Assembly (NCBI GenBank): GCA_964035575.1
Contig: OZ037846.1
Location: 1,612,001-1,676,000 of the forward strand
Direction: 5' to 3'
Source of the DNA: Rhynchopus sp. YZ270_cl-10
Taxonomy: Eukaryota
Length of the DNA stretch: 64,000 nucleotides
Shown here: piece by piece, positions 61,514-64,000 of the stretch
Position numbering within the stretch: position 1 is the first letter of the stretch
How the letters are laid out: the number at the start of each line of letters is the position of its first letter
Notes under the pieces: model-generated
Seen by the model: only the letters and a program-made list of their open reading frames with translations
What the model was told of the DNA's origin: nothing
The model's database searches: none
Position numbers and translations under genes: made by a program

Positions 61514-62332
61514 CTTCAATGTGGGAAAAAAAAAAAAAACACTTTTTTCTTGTTTATCATTGGGTGCCCAACTATTGCCTTCTTCTTTTTTTGTGCTTGT
61601 TTCGCTGGGATTCTTTTTTGTTTTGTTTTTGTGTACCGTTTTTTCACCCACCCAACCGGACCCAACAGAGCCCATCTGGACCCACCTGGGGTCAATTATG
61701 CCCAATTATACCCAATTATACCCAAGTACAGCCCAATTTTGCCCAATTACGCCCAATTACAACCAATTACGCCCAGTCACACCACTAGTACAACCCAGGT
61801 GTTTTTGAGGGGGGCTTACCAGGGGGTGACCTGTTTTGCTTGCTCACACGGTGGGGTCCAGCCTCTGAGCGGGTCAAACAGGATACTCAACTAGAGGGTG
61901 TGACGACACCCGCTTTTCGGGTGTGGCACCGAAAAGTGGGAACGACTATGACGGGCGGGTTTTGGTAACCGGACACGGGACTGCATGCCTCCCATATATT
62001 TTGTGGCACTATATGCCCACTCAGCCTTCTTCCTCACATACGTACATAGGTCATTTTTACCTTGTAAAATTGTAACACTGGTGGCATGCTTCCCAGCGCA
62101 AACACATCAGCACATAAAAAACCGGTAAAAACACATGTAATCTGTGTGTGGTGGTCAAAAGTACAAAATTCCTTCGACAATGCATTGTTTGAGCATTTGT
62201 TATACCTGGAGAATATGGTCAGATCACTCTTCAGACCACCTGGCGTTTACCCCAAAAATAACACTATTTTTGACCGTGGAGTTTGTGTATCGGTACAGGT
62301 AATGGTTTTCGGAAGTTGGCAATCAGGTGGTA

Positions 62333-62983
62333 TACTGTGTACTGTGTACTGTGTACTGTGTACTGTGTACTGTGTACTGTGTACTGTGTACTGTGTACTG
62401 TGTACTGTGTACTGTGTACTGTGTACTGTGTACTGTGTACTGTGTACTGTGTACTGTGTACTGTGTACTGTGTACTGTGTACTGTGTACTGTGTACTGTG
62501 TACTGTGCACTGTGTACTGTGTACTGTGTACTGTGTACTGTGTACTGTGTACTGTGTACTGTGTACTGTGTACTGTGTACTGTGTACTGTGTACTGTGTA
62601 CTGTGTACTGTGTACTGTGTACTGTGTACTGTGTACTGTGTACTGTGTACTGTGTACTGTGTACTGTGTACTGTGTACTGTGTACTGTGTACTGTGTACT
62701 GTGTACTGTGTACTGTGTACTGTGTACTGTGTACTGTGTACTGTGTACTGTGTACTGTGTACTGTGTACTGTGTACTGTGTACTGTGTACTGTGTACTGT
62801 GTACTGTGTACTGTGTACTGTGTACTGTGTACTGTGTACTGTGTACTGTGTACTGTGTACTGTGTACTGTGTACTGTGTACTGTGTACTGTGTACTGTGT
62901 ACTGTGTACTGTGTACTGTGTACTGTGTACTGTGTACTGTGTACTGTGTACTGTGTACTGTGTACTGTGTACTGTGTACTGTG
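62333..62983. repeat. (TACTGTG)n tandem repeat, about 93 units
   Basis: Near-perfect 7-bp periodicity with a single variant near 62508. Confidence 0.97.
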
Positions 62984-63264
62984 AGGAAATTGACCAAAAA
63001 AACGAGAACTTGTCCATTTCGTCAAATTGACCCCACCACTGGCCGGACGGATTCCGAAAATGCAAATGCCGGTGTTTAAAAGCAGCGGGTTTACGCCATT
63101 TTCTTGCAGGTCAAATGGGGGAAACGGTACGATGTGTCCTCCATTCTCGCATTAGGTGCAGCATTTGTGACCACTCACCAAGGCATCTTTTTCATCGCCG
63201 TTTTCGATTTTATATTGATTTGCAGGGAAACAGCACAGAAGTGGGAAAATTTGGGGGTGTGGGG

Positions 63265-63887
63265 CAGGGTATTAGGGTGGTTAAAAAAACTGGTTTTGAA
63301 AACCAGTTTTTCCAAAAACTGGTTTTCAAAAAAAAAAAAAAACAGAGAAATCTGGAGGGGAAAAAAAAACCGACACTTTTCACCAGGCCTTTCTGTAAAT
63401 GTCGTCCCCAGATTAGGGCGGACTCGATTTTTTCCCCCGCATTTTTTCCCCGCCTAGAACCGTGGTTGAACCACGGGAGTGCCTTTGAGAAATGGATGTT
63501 CCTTGAATTTTTTTTGCCTGCGGCGCCATTTTTCATTTTTTGCTCCGCAAAAAAGGGTTCGTTGAGTGGCTCTGTGGTGTAAAAAGCTAGATTTTTACAC
63601 CGTACCCTCAAAAATTTTCGCCTGCGGCGCCATTTTATACAGTCCCTATGTTTCCAATGTCTACCCTGGGTCATTCAGCAGCGCTGACCCAGGGTAGACA
63701 GGGCTGAAAAATATTTTGAGCAAAAAACAAGCTGACCTCCCCAACTTGAAATCTGGATTCCTGGATAAGACACTGACCCCACCCCCGAAAAACCCGAAAA
63801 AGGTGACTGTGTCCGTCAACGGTGGAGGTTTTCGCCGGAAACACTAGTTTTCGCCACCCAGGAGAGAAAACCAGAAAAACCAGTTTT
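63265..63887 (+). mobile_element. Second copy of the CAGGGTATTAGGG element (right end not seen)
   Basis: Direct, near-identical copy of 60873-61479. Confidence 0.7.
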
Positions 63888-64000
63888 GCAGCGTTTTCAG
63901 GCTCGGTTATCGTGCTAAATCGTGTGTCATCGTGCGTCATCGTGCGTTATCGTGCGTTATCGCTCTAGTGCATTTTTTAAGGGGGCAATTGGGGGGTTTC

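Noticed and set aside
62086..63079. ORFs with VLCTVYC or TVHSTQY repeats (also those at 22.1 kb and 29.7 kb)
   Set aside because: Stop-free frames of simple tandem repeats.
60873..63887. LTR pair flanking a retroelement
   Set aside because: No TG..CA ends, PBS or gag/pol; the first copy has its own TIRs, so these are two copies of a DNA element.

Overview
Eukaryotic, euglenozoan-type genomic DNA, most likely a diplonemid. This is inferred from a BILBO1-family gene, kinetoplastid-style adenylate cyclases, and intron-less, co-oriented genes with likely trans-splice acceptors. All recognisable host genes are on the + strand: the 3' end of a CDS (2-166), two tandem multi-TM adenylate cyclases (the first frameshifted), a BILBO1-like EF-hand/coiled-coil gene, two tandem ankyrin-repeat genes, two tandem signal-peptide/WD40/Pro-Thr-stalk/multi-TM genes (the first disrupted) and a 5' stub of a third cyclase. 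Intergenic DNA is dominated by about 20 non-autonomous DNA transposons with readable TIRs/TSDs: hAT-like (8 bp), Mutator-like (9 bp), Harbinger-like (TTA), piggyBac-like (TTAA), TA-flanked GG- and CAC-ended elements, and long foldbacks. The most striking structure is three 'transposon trains' (14.9-24.2 kb, 28.0-37.3 kb, 55.6-60.1 kb). In these, unrelated elements are stacked end to end in G/C homopolymer tracts, often sharing one TA dinucleotide. One train sits in the G-run of a TSD-less, T^T-inserting ~0.8-kb element, and both the unfilled G-run and that element's empty target site are present elsewhere in the window as internal controls. Superfamily names are inferred from terminal signatures only; no database search was possible.
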